Assembly (NCBI GenBank): GCA_035534755.1
Contig: DATLRH010000005.1
Coordinates: 6,128 to 70,127, forward strand
Source of the DNA: Candidatus Dormiibacterota bacterium
GTDB lineage: Bacteria; Chloroflexota; Dormibacteria; Aeolococcales; Bog-877
DNA length: 64,000 nt
Reading direction: 5' to 3'
The stretch's first letter is position 1, and the number at the start of each line of letters is the position of its first letter. The notes under the pieces were generated by a model. That model saw only the letters and a list, made by a program, of their open reading frames with translations, was not told where the DNA came from and made no database searches. The position numbers and the translations under genes were made by a program. Shown here one piece after another: positions 55,635 through 64,000 of this stretch.

Positions 55635-56038
55635 GCAAGGTCCTCTTCAAGGCTAGCTTTGGTTTCTCGGAACGGCCACAGCCTGCGGTTCGCCCAGACC
55701 ACCATTCCACCCAACAGGAGGAGGGCCAGCCCGGCCAGAGCCACGACCCCGGCGACCAGAGTGTGGTTGGGGAGCCACTCCACCAGCGTCGCCAGGGCGA
55801 AAATCAGGAGTATTCCGGTCCCCACCACGGCCAGGGCAGCCCCCAGGGCCACACGGATACCCCGCCGGGCGGCTGCCTTCAGCTCGGCCTTGGCCAGCGC
55901 CACTTCGTCGCTGACGAGTTGTCGGATCCCATCACTGAGTCCGTGGACCAACTCTCCGACCGACTGTTCGGGAGCTTCAGGAGCGGCCACCATCGCAGGG
56001 TAGCGGATCGGAGGTCCCCCTTCCGCGCCGCATATCAT
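55598..56038 (-). CDS. Putative actinobacterial Holin-X (holin superfamily III, Phage_holin_3_6) family membrane protein
   Basis: …LVSDEVALAKAELKAAARRGIRVALGAALAVVGTGILLIFALATLVEWL…VAGVVALAGLALLLLGGMVVW: charged helix then two TMs. Likely real start at the second Met (55993). Confidence 0.6.
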   Translation of the reverse strand: MICGAEGGPPIRYPAMVAAPEAPEQSVGELVHGLSDGIRQLVSDEVALAKAELKAAARRGIRVALGAALAVVGTGILLIFALATLVEWLPNHTLVAGVVALAGLALLLLGGMVVWANRRLWPFRETKASLEEDLAWARRLSKRVKP

Positions 56039-56041
56039 CGA

Positions 56042-56869
56042 TTGGTGCCCGCCTCCCCGAGTCGATCACTGGACGAGCTGACCGGCCCCCTGGTGCGACT
56101 GGCACGCTCCGGCAGCCTGCTGGTCGCCACCGACTTCGATGGAACCCTGGCCCCGGTCGTGCGAGACCCTCGCCGAGCCCGGCCCTTGCCGGAAGCCGCC
56201 GCCGCCCTGACCGCGCTCTCGCTTCGAACTCCAGTTGCCGTGATCAGCGGACGGGACCTCGCCAACCTCTTCGTCCAGTGCCCGTTGCCCGGCGTCCTGC
56301 TACTGGGGAGCTACGGACTGGAGCCCTGGCGCGAGGCGGGCGCGAGCCATCTTCCGCTCCCCCCTTCCAACGCGTCGCCCCGACTTCGGCGGATCGCCGC
56401 CGAACTGCGAGAGACGCTCAAGGGCCTGGAGGGGGTCGACGTCGAAACCAAGACACTCGGAGTCGCGGTCCACTACCGGAACGCCCCCGACCGCCAGGCC
56501 GCGGCGGCGGAGTTGCGGCAGATCCTCTCCTCCGTCTCCCACCGGGAGAGTCTCGAACTCCTGCGGGGCCGTCGCGTGCTCGAGCTCCGGGACCGTCACG
56601 CGGGGGACAAGGGGACCGCACTGGTTCAGCTGCTCGACCGCATCTCGCCGCGGGGCTGTGTGTACGCCGGGGACGACCTGGGCGACCTCCCGGCCATGGT
56701 CCAACTGCACCGCCGCGCCCCGGCCCTGGAGCTGGCACTAGCTTTCGGCGTGCTCAGCGGGGAGACCCCAGCCGAGGTCCGCGAGGAGGCCGACGTCTGC
56801 CTGAACGGGCCTGAGGAGTGGGCCCGCCTCCTGGCCGGGGTGCTGGAGGAGCTGGCCAGCGCAGCCTGA
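56042..56869 (+). CDS. otsB: Trehalose-6-phosphate phosphatase (HAD family)
   Basis: TTG/GTG start (56042/56045). HAD motif I LLVATDFDGTLAP. Motifs II–IV (VISGR…, GDDLGDLPAM). The track ORF 55382 is a long non-genic extension. Confidence 0.8.
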   Translation: MVPASPSRSLDELTGPLVRLARSGSLLVATDFDGTLAPVVRDPRRARPLPEAAAALTALSLRTPVAVISGRDLANLFVQCPLPGVLLLGSYGLEPWREAGASHLPLPPSNASPRLRRIAAELRETLKGLEGVDVETKTLGVAVHYRNAPDRQAAAAELRQILSSVSHRESLELLRGRRVLELRDRHAGDKGTALVQLLDRISPRGCVYAGDDLGDLPAMVQLHRRAPALELALAFGVLSGETPAEVREEADVCLNGPEEWARLLAGVLEELASAA

Positions 56870-56883
56870 GGGACCGCCCCAGC

Positions 56884-58353
56884 TCAGCGGGCTACCAGTT
56901 CATTGAGGTCCTGGAGTTGAGCCGTGATCCAGCGCACGATGTCGTGCTTACGGACCGTCTGGCGCAGGTGACGGGCTCGGGTCGAGCGGTCGCGCTTGGG
57001 CATGGTCAGGGCCGAATGGAGCGCCTCGGCGGTCTGGTCGATATCGAAGGGATTGATGGTCAGAGCCTCGGTCCCCAGCTCCTCGTAGCTGCCCGCGTTC
57101 TCACTCAGGACGAGGACTCCGTCCTTGGTGTTGCAGAGCACACCCTCCTTGGCGACCAGATTCATACCGTCGTAGATCGGGTTGACCAGGAGCGCGTCGT
57201 ACACCTTGTAGGCTGCGACCGCCTTGAAGAGATTCTCTTCCACTTCAAGGCGGATCGGCATCCAGGTGCCGGTCTGGAAGCGGCGGTTGACATGGGCAGC
57301 CGCGCTCACCAGCGCGCCCAGGTAGGAGCGATAGGCATCCACGTTCTGGCGGCTTCGCTGAAGCAGCGCCCAGAAGACCACCCGGCCCCGAAGCTCGGGA
57401 TGACTCTCCAGCAGCCTCTCGTAGGCCAGGAAGCCGCGGACGATGTTCTTGCTGAGGTCGGTACGGTCCACCCGCAGGATCAGGAACTCCGGCCGCCAGG
57501 CCTCGATCATCGCTTCCTGAACGATCACTTCCGGATGGGTGGTGAGTTCGGCCATGGCCCGAACATCGATCGAGATCGGATAGGCCCTAATCCAGACGCT
57601 GCGGCCCTCGAAGAACACGGTGGACTGGCGATGATCGACTGCCAGCCCCAGGTTCTCCTCACAGGTGAGCAGGAAGTTGCGCACGTCCAGCGAGGTCTGG
57701 AGGCCGACCACGTCGCTGCCCAGGAGGCCGCCCAGGATGCCGTCGCGCATATGGCGGGGCAACACCTTCCAGTACTGGGGCGTCGGCCATGGAATGTGGA
57801 CGAAGTGCTGGAGGAAGGCCCCGGGTAAGCGCTGGCGGACCATTCCCGGCAAGAGGTAGAGGTGGTAGTCCTGGCTGAGGATCAAGGGACGGCCGGGCGC
57901 CTTCTGGGCGAGCGAGACCACCCGGTCGGCGAACTGGGAGTTGACGTTGACGTATCCGTCGCGCCAGGCGCGCTCGGTCCGGGAATCCAGGATCGGCTCT
58001 CGGCCGAGGTCCCAGAGATAGTGCTGAATGAACCAGAGCAGCGGATTGCTGATCTCGTTGTAATAGAGGTCATAGGCCTCCGATTCGGGGTGGATGTAGG
58101 CGATTCGAAATTTCTTCCCGTCCTCGGCGGAAACCTCAACCACTCCCGCCTCGTTGGCTCGCGCGGCCAGCCGGGCGTCGGAGTCGCCGCGGGCGACCGC
58201 AACCCAGGCTGCATCACTGGCCTGCGCCAAGGCGGACATGGCCGTCACCAGCCCGCCCCCCCCCCTGGTGATGCGCTCCACCCCACCCGGGCCGAGCTGA
58301 CTCTCCACCGGAGGGCGGTTGGCAACCACGATTGGCTGCCAGCCGTGCAGCAT
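56884..58353 (-). CDS. otsA: Alpha,alpha-trehalose-phosphate synthase (GT20)
   Basis: Start at MLHGWQPIVVANRPP (typical OtsA N-terminus). …DYHLYLLPGMVRQ…, …LLVNPIYDGMNLVAKE…. The N-terminal 96 aa of the track ORF are rejected. Confidence 0.9.
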   Translation of the reverse strand: MLHGWQPIVVANRPPVESQLGPGGVERITRGGGGLVTAMSALAQASDAAWVAVARGDSDARLAARANEAGVVEVSAEDGKKFRIAYIHPESEAYDLYYNEISNPLLWFIQHYLWDLGREPILDSRTERAWRDGYVNVNSQFADRVVSLAQKAPGRPLILSQDYHLYLLPGMVRQRLPGAFLQHFVHIPWPTPQYWKVLPRHMRDGILGGLLGSDVVGLQTSLDVRNFLLTCEENLGLAVDHRQSTVFFEGRSVWIRAYPISIDVRAMAELTTHPEVIVQEAMIEAWRPEFLILRVDRTDLSKNIVRGFLAYERLLESHPELRGRVVFWALLQRSRQNVDAYRSYLGALVSAAAHVNRRFQTGTWMPIRLEVEENLFKAVAAYKVYDALLVNPIYDGMNLVAKEGVLCNTKDGVLVLSENAGSYEELGTEALTINPFDIDQTAEALHSALTMPKRDRSTRARHLRQTVRKHDIVRWITAQLQDLNELVAR

Positions 58354-58458
58354 TCGTCTCAGATACGGTTCAATGCCCGGCACCCGGCTAGGATGACGGA
58401 CCCCGGGCCAAAAGGGTCTCTCGGCTATTGGAAGCCCGCGAACCGATAAAGTCGCTCG

Positions 58459-59592
58459 ATGCGCATCGGAGTGGCCAGGGAGCTGGCCCAGGACGAACGA
58501 CGGGTGGCCCTGGTGCCGGAATCCGCCGCGCGGCTGATCGCCGCCGGGGCCGAAGTGGTCGCCGAGAAGGGCGCCGGCGACCCGGCCTACTTCCCAGAAT
58601 CCGCCTATCGGGAGGCGGGCGTGACCATCCTCAGCACCCACCGGCAGGTACTCAGCAGCGTCGAGTTGCTGCTCAAGGTGCGCCCGCCGCTGGTGCGCGG
58701 GGAAGGAACCGACGAGGTCGGCATGCTCGCCAAGGGCTCGATCCTGATCGGGATGCTCCAGCCTCCCTCCCAGCCGGCGCTGCTCGAACAGTTGGCCCGT
58801 CGCGGTGTGACCGCCTTCAGCCTTGACCGACTACCCCGAATCAGCCGGGCCCAGGACATGGACGTCCTCTCGTCGATGAGCTCGGTCTCCGGATACCACG
58901 CCGTGCTGATGGCGGCCACCCGCCTGCCCCGGTTCTTCCCATTGCTGATGACGGCGGCTGGAACGGTCACCCCGGCTCGGGTCCTGGTCCTCGGTGCCGG
59001 GGTCGCCGGCCTGCAGGCGATCGCAACTGCCCGAAGGCTGGGCGGAGTGGTTCGCGCCTTCGACGTCAGGCCCCAGGTCAAAGAGCAGGTGGAGAGCCTA
59101 GGGGCTCAGTTCGTCGACGTCGGGGAATCGGTGGAGGCGGCTGATGGTCAGGGCGGGTACGCGGCAGAGGTCTCCGCGACGACCCAGCGCCGCGAACAGG
59201 AGGCCCTCGCCCGCGAGGTGGCCGACGCCGACGTGGTGATCACCACCGCGTTGGTCCCAGGGCGGCGCGCTCCGGTGCTGATCACCAAGGCGGCGGTGGC
59301 CCAGATGCGGCCCGGCTCGGTGGTGGTGGACCTAGCCGCAGAGGCGGGCGGGAACTGCGAACTTACCGAACCCGGGAAAGAAGTCCAGAAGGGCGGGGTG
59401 TGGATCCTGGGGCCGCTCGATCTCCCCTCTCGGATGGCCTACCACGCCAGCCAGCTGTACTCCCGAAACGTCACCCGATTCGCGCTCACCCTGATCAAGG
59501 ACGGTCAGATCAAACTCAACTTCGAGGACGAGGTGGTGAGCCGCACCTGCGTCACCCGGGACGGCCAGGTGCTGGGGGGCCCGAGCTTGTGA
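58459..59592 (+). CDS. pntAA: NAD(P) transhydrogenase alpha subunit, part 1 (dI domain)
   Basis: 377 aa. MRIGVARELAQDERRVALVPE…, Rossmann VLVLGAGVAGLQAIATARRLGGVV. Alanine-dehydrogenase/PNT fold. Confidence 0.9.
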   Translation: MRIGVARELAQDERRVALVPESAARLIAAGAEVVAEKGAGDPAYFPESAYREAGVTILSTHRQVLSSVELLLKVRPPLVRGEGTDEVGMLAKGSILIGMLQPPSQPALLEQLARRGVTAFSLDRLPRISRAQDMDVLSSMSSVSGYHAVLMAATRLPRFFPLLMTAAGTVTPARVLVLGAGVAGLQAIATARRLGGVVRAFDVRPQVKEQVESLGAQFVDVGESVEAADGQGGYAAEVSATTQRREQEALAREVADADVVITTALVPGRRAPVLITKAAVAQMRPGSVVVDLAAEAGGNCELTEPGKEVQKGGVWILGPLDLPSRMAYHASQLYSRNVTRFALTLIKDGQIKLNFEDEVVSRTCVTRDGQVLGGPSL

Positions 59593-59906
59593 ACGCATTC
59601 GGGGGAACCCTGCTGATCGGAGTCTTCATATTCGTCCTGGCAGTCTTCATCGGCTTCGACCTTATCTCGAAGGTCCCGGCCACCCTGCACACCCCGCTGA
59701 TGTCAGGCACCAATGCGATACACGGGATCGTGCTGGTCGGGGCGCTGACCATCGCCGCCGGCGTGCACGGCACCCTGGGAACAATCATCGCCTTCCTGGC
59801 GGTGCTGCTGGGCACCGTGAACGTGGTCGGAGGCTTCGTGGTCACCGACCGGATGCTCCAGATGTTCAAGCGGCGGCCCGGCCCGGAGCGACCGGCGCCC
59901 AAGTGA
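59589..59906 (+). CDS. pntAB: NAD(P) transhydrogenase alpha subunit, part 2 (membrane dII-a)
   Basis: GTG start overlapping the pntAA stop (GTGA). ~105 aa, 3-TM: VNAFGGTLLIGVFIFVLAVFIGFDLISKVPATLHTPLMSGTNAIHGIVLVGAL…. Confidence 0.8.
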   Translation: MNAFGGTLLIGVFIFVLAVFIGFDLISKVPATLHTPLMSGTNAIHGIVLVGALTIAAGVHGTLGTIIAFLAVLLGTVNVVGGFVVTDRMLQMFKRRPGPERPAPK

Positions 59907-61324
59907 TTCACTACCCCCAGCTGGTCGCCCTCGGATACCTGAGCACGGTGGTGCTGTTCGTTTTCGGAATCCGACTCCTCGGCTCGCCAGCCACGGCGCG
60001 CCGGGGCAACCTCCTCGCCGCCGCCGGCATGCTGGTCGCCCTCGTCGTCACCTTCGTCGGGCTCGGCGCGCTGCCCTGGGCGGCCGTCCTCCCGGCGATG
60101 CTGGCCGGCACTGCGGTCGGGGCCGTCGCTGCCCGCTCGGTGCGGATGACCGCGATGCCCCAGATGGTCGCACTCTTCAACGGCATGGGGGGCGGCGCGG
60201 CGGCCCTAATCGGCGCCGATGAGCTGGTCCGGCGAACCGCCCACCTGGCCACCGGCTCGTCGACCGTCGGATTGAGCAACTCGATCCCGATTCTGCTCGG
60301 CTGTCTGATCGGTTCGATCAGCTTTTCAGGCAGCCTGATCGCCTTCTGCAAGCTGCAGGGGATCATGCGCGGCAGCCCAATCACCTTCCCCAATCAGCGC
60401 CTCGCCAACGGAGCCCTGCTCCTGGTCATCGTGGCCCTTGGGGTGGTCATGATCGCGGTCAACACATCGCCCTGGCTCTTCGTGGCCTTCGAAGCGCTCG
60501 CCCTCATTTTCGGGGTCGCCTTTGTCCTCCCGATTGGGGGCGCCGACATGCCGGTGATCATCTCGCTGCTCAACTCCTTCACCGGCCTGGCGGCAGCGAT
60601 CAGCGGATTCGTGCTCGACAACGAGGTCCTGATCGTCGCCGGCGCCCTGGTGGGCGCGTCGGGGACCATCCTTACTCAGCTGATGAGCCGCGCCATGAAT
60701 CGCTCGCTGGCGAACGTTCTCTTCAGCGCCTTCGGAAGCCCGGTGAGCGCACTCGCCAACACCGGCCCAACTGCCGACCAGTCCGTCCACTCTGTGACCG
60801 CCGAGGACGTGGCCATCCTGCTTGGGTACGCCCGCCAGGTGATCTTCGTGCCCGGCTACGGTATGGCCGTTGCCAAGGCCCAGCACGACGTTCGGGAGCT
60901 CGCCACCCAGCTGGAGAAGCGGGGGGTCCAGGTGAAGTATGCAATTCATCCGGTGGCGGGTCGCATGCCCGGCCACATGAACGTGCTGCTGGCCGAGGCG
61001 GATGTCCCCTACACCCAACTGTTCGAGATGGACGACATCAACCAGGATTTCCCCCGGACTGATGTTGCCGTGGTCATTGGCGCCAACGACGTCACCAACC
61101 CCGCCGCTCGCAGCAATCCGGCCAGTCCCATCTACGGAATGCCCATCCTCAACGTCGACCAGGCGGCCAATGTGGTGGTGCTGAAACGGAGCATGAACCC
61201 AGGGTTCGCCGGCGTCGAAAATGAGCTCTACTACAATCCCAAAACCTTGATGCTTTTCGGCGATGCCCGCGATTCGGTGATTCAGCTGGTGGCCGCGATC
61301 AAGGAGCTGGTGCCGATGAATTGA
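59903..61324 (+). CDS. pntB: NAD(P) transhydrogenase beta subunit
   Basis: 473 aa. Membrane dII-b plus C-terminal dIII NADP(H)-binding (…VIFVPGYGMAVAKAQH…VKYAIHPVAGRMPGHMNVLLAEA…GANDVTNPAA…). Confidence 0.95.
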   Translation: MIHYPQLVALGYLSTVVLFVFGIRLLGSPATARRGNLLAAAGMLVALVVTFVGLGALPWAAVLPAMLAGTAVGAVAARSVRMTAMPQMVALFNGMGGGAAALIGADELVRRTAHLATGSSTVGLSNSIPILLGCLIGSISFSGSLIAFCKLQGIMRGSPITFPNQRLANGALLLVIVALGVVMIAVNTSPWLFVAFEALALIFGVAFVLPIGGADMPVIISLLNSFTGLAAAISGFVLDNEVLIVAGALVGASGTILTQLMSRAMNRSLANVLFSAFGSPVSALANTGPTADQSVHSVTAEDVAILLGYARQVIFVPGYGMAVAKAQHDVRELATQLEKRGVQVKYAIHPVAGRMPGHMNVLLAEADVPYTQLFEMDDINQDFPRTDVAVVIGANDVTNPAARSNPASPIYGMPILNVDQAANVVVLKRSMNPGFAGVENELYYNPKTLMLFGDARDSVIQLVAAIKELVPMN

Positions 61325-61342
61325 GCCTGCGGGGCCAGCAAT

Positions 61343-61358
61343 CCGCATCTTTATGCGG
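61343..61358. terminator. Hairpin CCGCAT-cttt-ATGCGG between convergent pntB and the lipoprotein gene; candidate bidirectional terminator
   Basis: Perfect 6-bp stem with a 4-nt loop, 19 nt after the pntB stop, followed by T-containing ...gagcgcagtg. Modest stem; no strong U-tract. Confidence 0.35.
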
Positions 61359-61473
61359 AGCGCAGTGTCGCACCGACAGCTCGGGTGAACTGGCCAAACT
61401 GCTCGCGTGGACGGCACGTTCGCCCTGGGTCATGTGCGCGGCTGGGGGAGTGAGGGCGCGCGATCCCACCGCT

Positions 61474-62550
61474 TCAGCCGCTCGAGGAGCTGCTCGGAGA
61501 GGGACTTGGGGTGCTGAATCTCAAGGGAACGCATCCCGCCGGGGGGACGGCGCAGGTAACGAACTGGCTGACGGTCGGGCTGCCGGTAACCTGGAAGACG
61601 TAGACCGGAACCGCGGTACCAAAGCTGTCGACGACCGCCCGGGAGGCGGCGTTCAGAGTGATTGAACCTGTGGGCGCCGGGGAGACAGGTGGGAATGGCC
61701 GGCCGGAAGGTGCGAGGAGATACTCGGCAGGCTTGATGGTGCCCGTGTTCAGGTACTGGACCACCTGGGTGGGCTCCATAGCGGGGTAGGTCACCGGGCC
61801 GCCGATCTGGCCATACGGTACGGCGCCGGAGATGCCCACCACCTGCTTGGTCTGGCTGCCGTTGGTGGCCACGTCAACGTTGATCTCCTGCGGCTGGCCG
61901 AGAATGTTGACCACCGGAAGCCCATCCAGGGACCACTGGAAGTAGACCCTTCGGTCCGACCCGTTGGTGGTGCTGAGTTGATTGATCGGGATTACTCCGC
62001 CGCCGGCCGGCACATGGGCGGTGGCGAGAAAGCTCTCGGCGAACTGGTCAGCGGCGGCAACGGTGGGGGTCGTCCCGACTTCATCGGTGGGTACATTGGG
62101 ATGAAAGTTGAAGCTGTCTAGTCCGGCGTCAGTGGTGAGTTGAAACCCGGTGGTGGAGCCCAGGTTGTAGCCCAGCCCGGTAGAGGTGCTGATCGGCGGC
62201 CCAGGGACTCCGAGAGCCTGAGCGAGAGCTGCCACCGCAGCCAGCCCAGTCGCCGGCACCGGTGCCACCGCGACCGTCCGGGGTCCGTCCTTCCAGGTGC
62301 CAGCCACTCCGTATGGCCCCGCGATCACGAGCGGCCCAGCCGCCTCGCCGGCCAGCCCGAGGAGCCCGGGAAGCACGGCGGTCGGGCTGGGGCTGGGGCT
62401 GGGGCTAGGGCGAGGAGTGCCGCCGCATCCAGTCGCAGCGCCGGCGAGGAGGGCGATCGCGGCGAGCAGCGCCGTCCGCCTCCAGGGCACGTTCACCTGT
62501 GCAGAATGCCATGAGTGGGTTGCCCCGAGCGCTGTCTGACATGACCCCAA
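61474..62550 (-). CDS. Secreted lipoprotein with PSPSPSPSP linker, unknown function
   Basis: Lipobox LLAGAATGCGG. (PS)n linkers at both ends of a Gly/Thr/Val-rich beta-type domain. Confidence 0.55.
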   Translation of the reverse strand: MGSCQTALGATHSWHSAQVNVPWRRTALLAAIALLAGAATGCGGTPRPSPSPSPSPTAVLPGLLGLAGEAAGPLVIAGPYGVAGTWKDGPRTVAVAPVPATGLAAVAALAQALGVPGPPISTSTGLGYNLGSTTGFQLTTDAGLDSFNFHPNVPTDEVGTTPTVAAADQFAESFLATAHVPAGGGVIPINQLSTTNGSDRRVYFQWSLDGLPVVNILGQPQEINVDVATNGSQTKQVVGISGAVPYGQIGGPVTYPAMEPTQVVQYLNTGTIKPAEYLLAPSGRPFPPVSPAPTGSITLNAASRAVVDSFGTAVPVYVFQVTGSPTVSQFVTCAVPPAGCVPLRFSTPSPSPSSSSSG

Positions 62551-62649
62551 CCGAGCGGCGGAGCTCCGGTTCAGGGATGGGGTTGGGTGCTGGCCTGAGA
62601 TCCAGTGCCAGCAGCCGGCGTCGGCCCCGCGGGTCTGATCGGGCGGAGA

Positions 62650-64000
62650 GGACCAGAGAGTGAGCCTGACGGCGCCCCCAGCTCGTTCGGGGAGCTACCG
62701 GGATTCGCTGATTCGTCTGGTCGCGTCGAGCACCCCGGGGATGCGGCTCGGCCTGGAGTCGACCAGGCGCCTGCTGGCCAGGTTGAGAGATCCGCAGCAG
62801 GGACTTCGCGGAGTGCTGGTGGCGGGGACCAACGGCAAGGGGTCGGTCTGCGCGATCACCGCCGAGATGGCCCGCGCGGCGGGGATCCGGGTAGCGCTGC
62901 TGACCAAGCCTCACCTGACCAGTTATCGCGAGAGGATCCGGCTCGCCGGGACCCCAATCGAGAAGTCACTCTTCGCCGAGATCGCCGACTCGGTAAGCCA
63001 CGCGGCCGATCAGATGGCGGCATCTGGGGGCCGGCCGACCCACCACGAGCTGCTTACCGCCATGGGCTTCCTGGCCGCCCGGCGCTGGGGGGCCGAACTC
63101 GTCGTCTGCGAGGTCGGGTTGGGGGGCCGGCTCGACGCCACCAACGTCTGGGACGGCGGCGTCGCCGTGCTGAGCTCGGTGGCCCTGGACCACCAGGCCC
63201 AGCTCGGCGACACGATACCCATGATCGCCGCCGAGAAGGCGGCGATCATCAAGCCCGGCAATCTCGTCGTGACCGGGGCGGTCGACGCGGCCCTGCCCGC
63301 CGTGGAGCGCTCGGTAGAAGCCGCCAAAGCTAGGCTCTGGCGCTTGGGCCACGAGATCGAACTTGAAGGTGGGCTAGGCCCGGAGGAGCCGTTCAGCGTC
63401 CGCACTCCCCGGGCCGCTCGGAAAGGGCTCCGGATCAGCCTCGCCGGTTCGTTCCAGCGCCAAAACGCGGCCCTGGCGGTAGCCACCGCCGATTGCCTGG
63501 TCGAGTTGGGATTCCCGATCCGCGAAGGCGCGATCCGGGCGGGTCTCGCCGAGGTGAAGTGGCCGGGCAGGATGCAGCTCCTCGGCTCCGTGCCGGAGGT
63601 GCTCGTCGACGCCGCCCACAACCCGGCCGCGGTCGAGGCCGCAGTTCCTGAGATTCGAAGGCAGCTAGAGCACCGCCCGGGGGTCCTGCTCTTCGCAAGC
63701 ATGGAGGATCACGACTATCGAGGCATGCTCCAGGCCCTCGGCGGGCTGGGGTTCCGTAAGGCCGTCTTCACCCGCACCAACTCCGCCCGTGCCGCGCCTC
63801 CCAGGGCCCTGGCGGCGGCGTGGACTGGTTCGCAGGAGAGCGCTGAGCCGGTGGCGCAGGGGCTCGAACGGGCAGCCCACCTGGCGGGACCGAGCGGCCT
63901 GGTGGTTGCTCTCGGCTCGATCTACCTGATTGGCGAGGTGCTGTCCTCCCGGCGCCTAGGGGTTCCCGCCGATCCCGAGATCCCCTTCCCACCTCTCTGG
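62650..64000 (+). CDS. folC: Folylpolyglutamate synthase / dihydrofolate synthase (Mur ligase family), 3'-truncated by the window end
   Basis: My own translation from the GTG at 62650: …RLGLESTRRLLARLRDPQQGLRGVLVAGTNGKGSVCAITAEM…LLTKPHLTSYRERIRLAG…EVGLGGRLDATNV…SVALDHQAQLGDTIPMIAAEKAAIIKPG…RMQLL…VLVDAAHNPAAVEA…. Open to the last base. It is not in the ORF track because there is no stop within the window. Confidence 0.85.

Noticed and set aside
58354-58641. N-terminal 96 aa of the 585-aa otsA ORF; likewise N-terminal extensions of cpaE (first 139 aa), tadA (41 aa), tadC (29 aa), tadE genes, otsB (55382–56041) and DDC (50086–50377)
   Set aside because: Extensions are low-complexity, lack homology logic, and overlap the upstream gene's coding sequence. 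Internal starts give canonical protein N-termini and tight gene spacing.
1-64000. CRISPR arrays, rRNA genes, prophage structural genes, toxin–antitoxin pairs, restriction-modification or other defence cassettes
   Set aside because: No short direct repeats with spacers and no rRNA-like conserved stretches. No integrase, terminase, capsid or methyltransferase signatures were seen in any frame.

Overview
This is a high-GC (~70%), gene-dense bacterial chromosomal segment. Gene content looks Actinobacteriota-like, although accD/accA and fabH–fabF are of the separate, E. coli-type organisation. Nearly all of the window is protein-coding. I call about 60 CDSs, one tRNA-Lys(CTT), one cobalamin riboswitch, one IS982-family transposase remnant, and a few promoter, operator and terminator candidates. 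Many long ORFs in the six-frame track are antisense shadows of real genes (GC-rich codon bias) and are ignored.

Main content, left to right:
- 1–2.4 kb: a MarR-controlled ABC-2 efflux operon.
- 2.6–4.2 kb: a TetR regulator divergent from an NmrA-like epimerase.
- 4.8–6.2 kb: an SthA-like soluble transhydrogenase lacking the active-site Cys.
- 6.5–7.4 kb: an ArsR plus SRPBCC (Aha1-like) pair.
- 7.4–14.4 kb: a GNAT, a SIS protein, a very large adenylate/guanylate cyclase–AAA–TPR protein, and an MFS transporter fused to a cNMP-binding domain. This is a putative local cAMP module.
- 16.6–18.4 kb: typA/bipA.
- 19.9–23.8 kb: a cobalamin riboswitch controlling a DUF4430 lipoprotein plus a four-gene ECF transporter, probably for corrinoid uptake.
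- 23.7–26.3 kb: several GNAT acetyltransferases, including an Eis-like one.
- 26.4–35.4 kb: a complete Tad/Flp-type (type IVc) pilus assembly locus. It has cpaB, tadZ, tadA, tadB, tadC, three TadE/TadG-like pseudopilins and an extra MinD-like ATPase. It is led by an ECF sigma factor and faces a divergent two-component system. No Flp prepilin or prepilin peptidase gene is recognisable.
- 37.5–42.7 kb: tRNA-Lys, then a ~1 kb ORF-poor stretch, then accessory-looking genes and a decayed IS982 transposase.
- 43–64 kb: housekeeping genes. These are a GH3 NagZ-like lipoprotein, fabF, fabH, accD, accA, a group II PLP decarboxylase, metF, a MacB/FtsX-type ABC system, a Holin-X/DUF3618 pair, otsB, otsA, pntAA/pntAB/pntB, a lipoprotein and a 3'-truncated folC.
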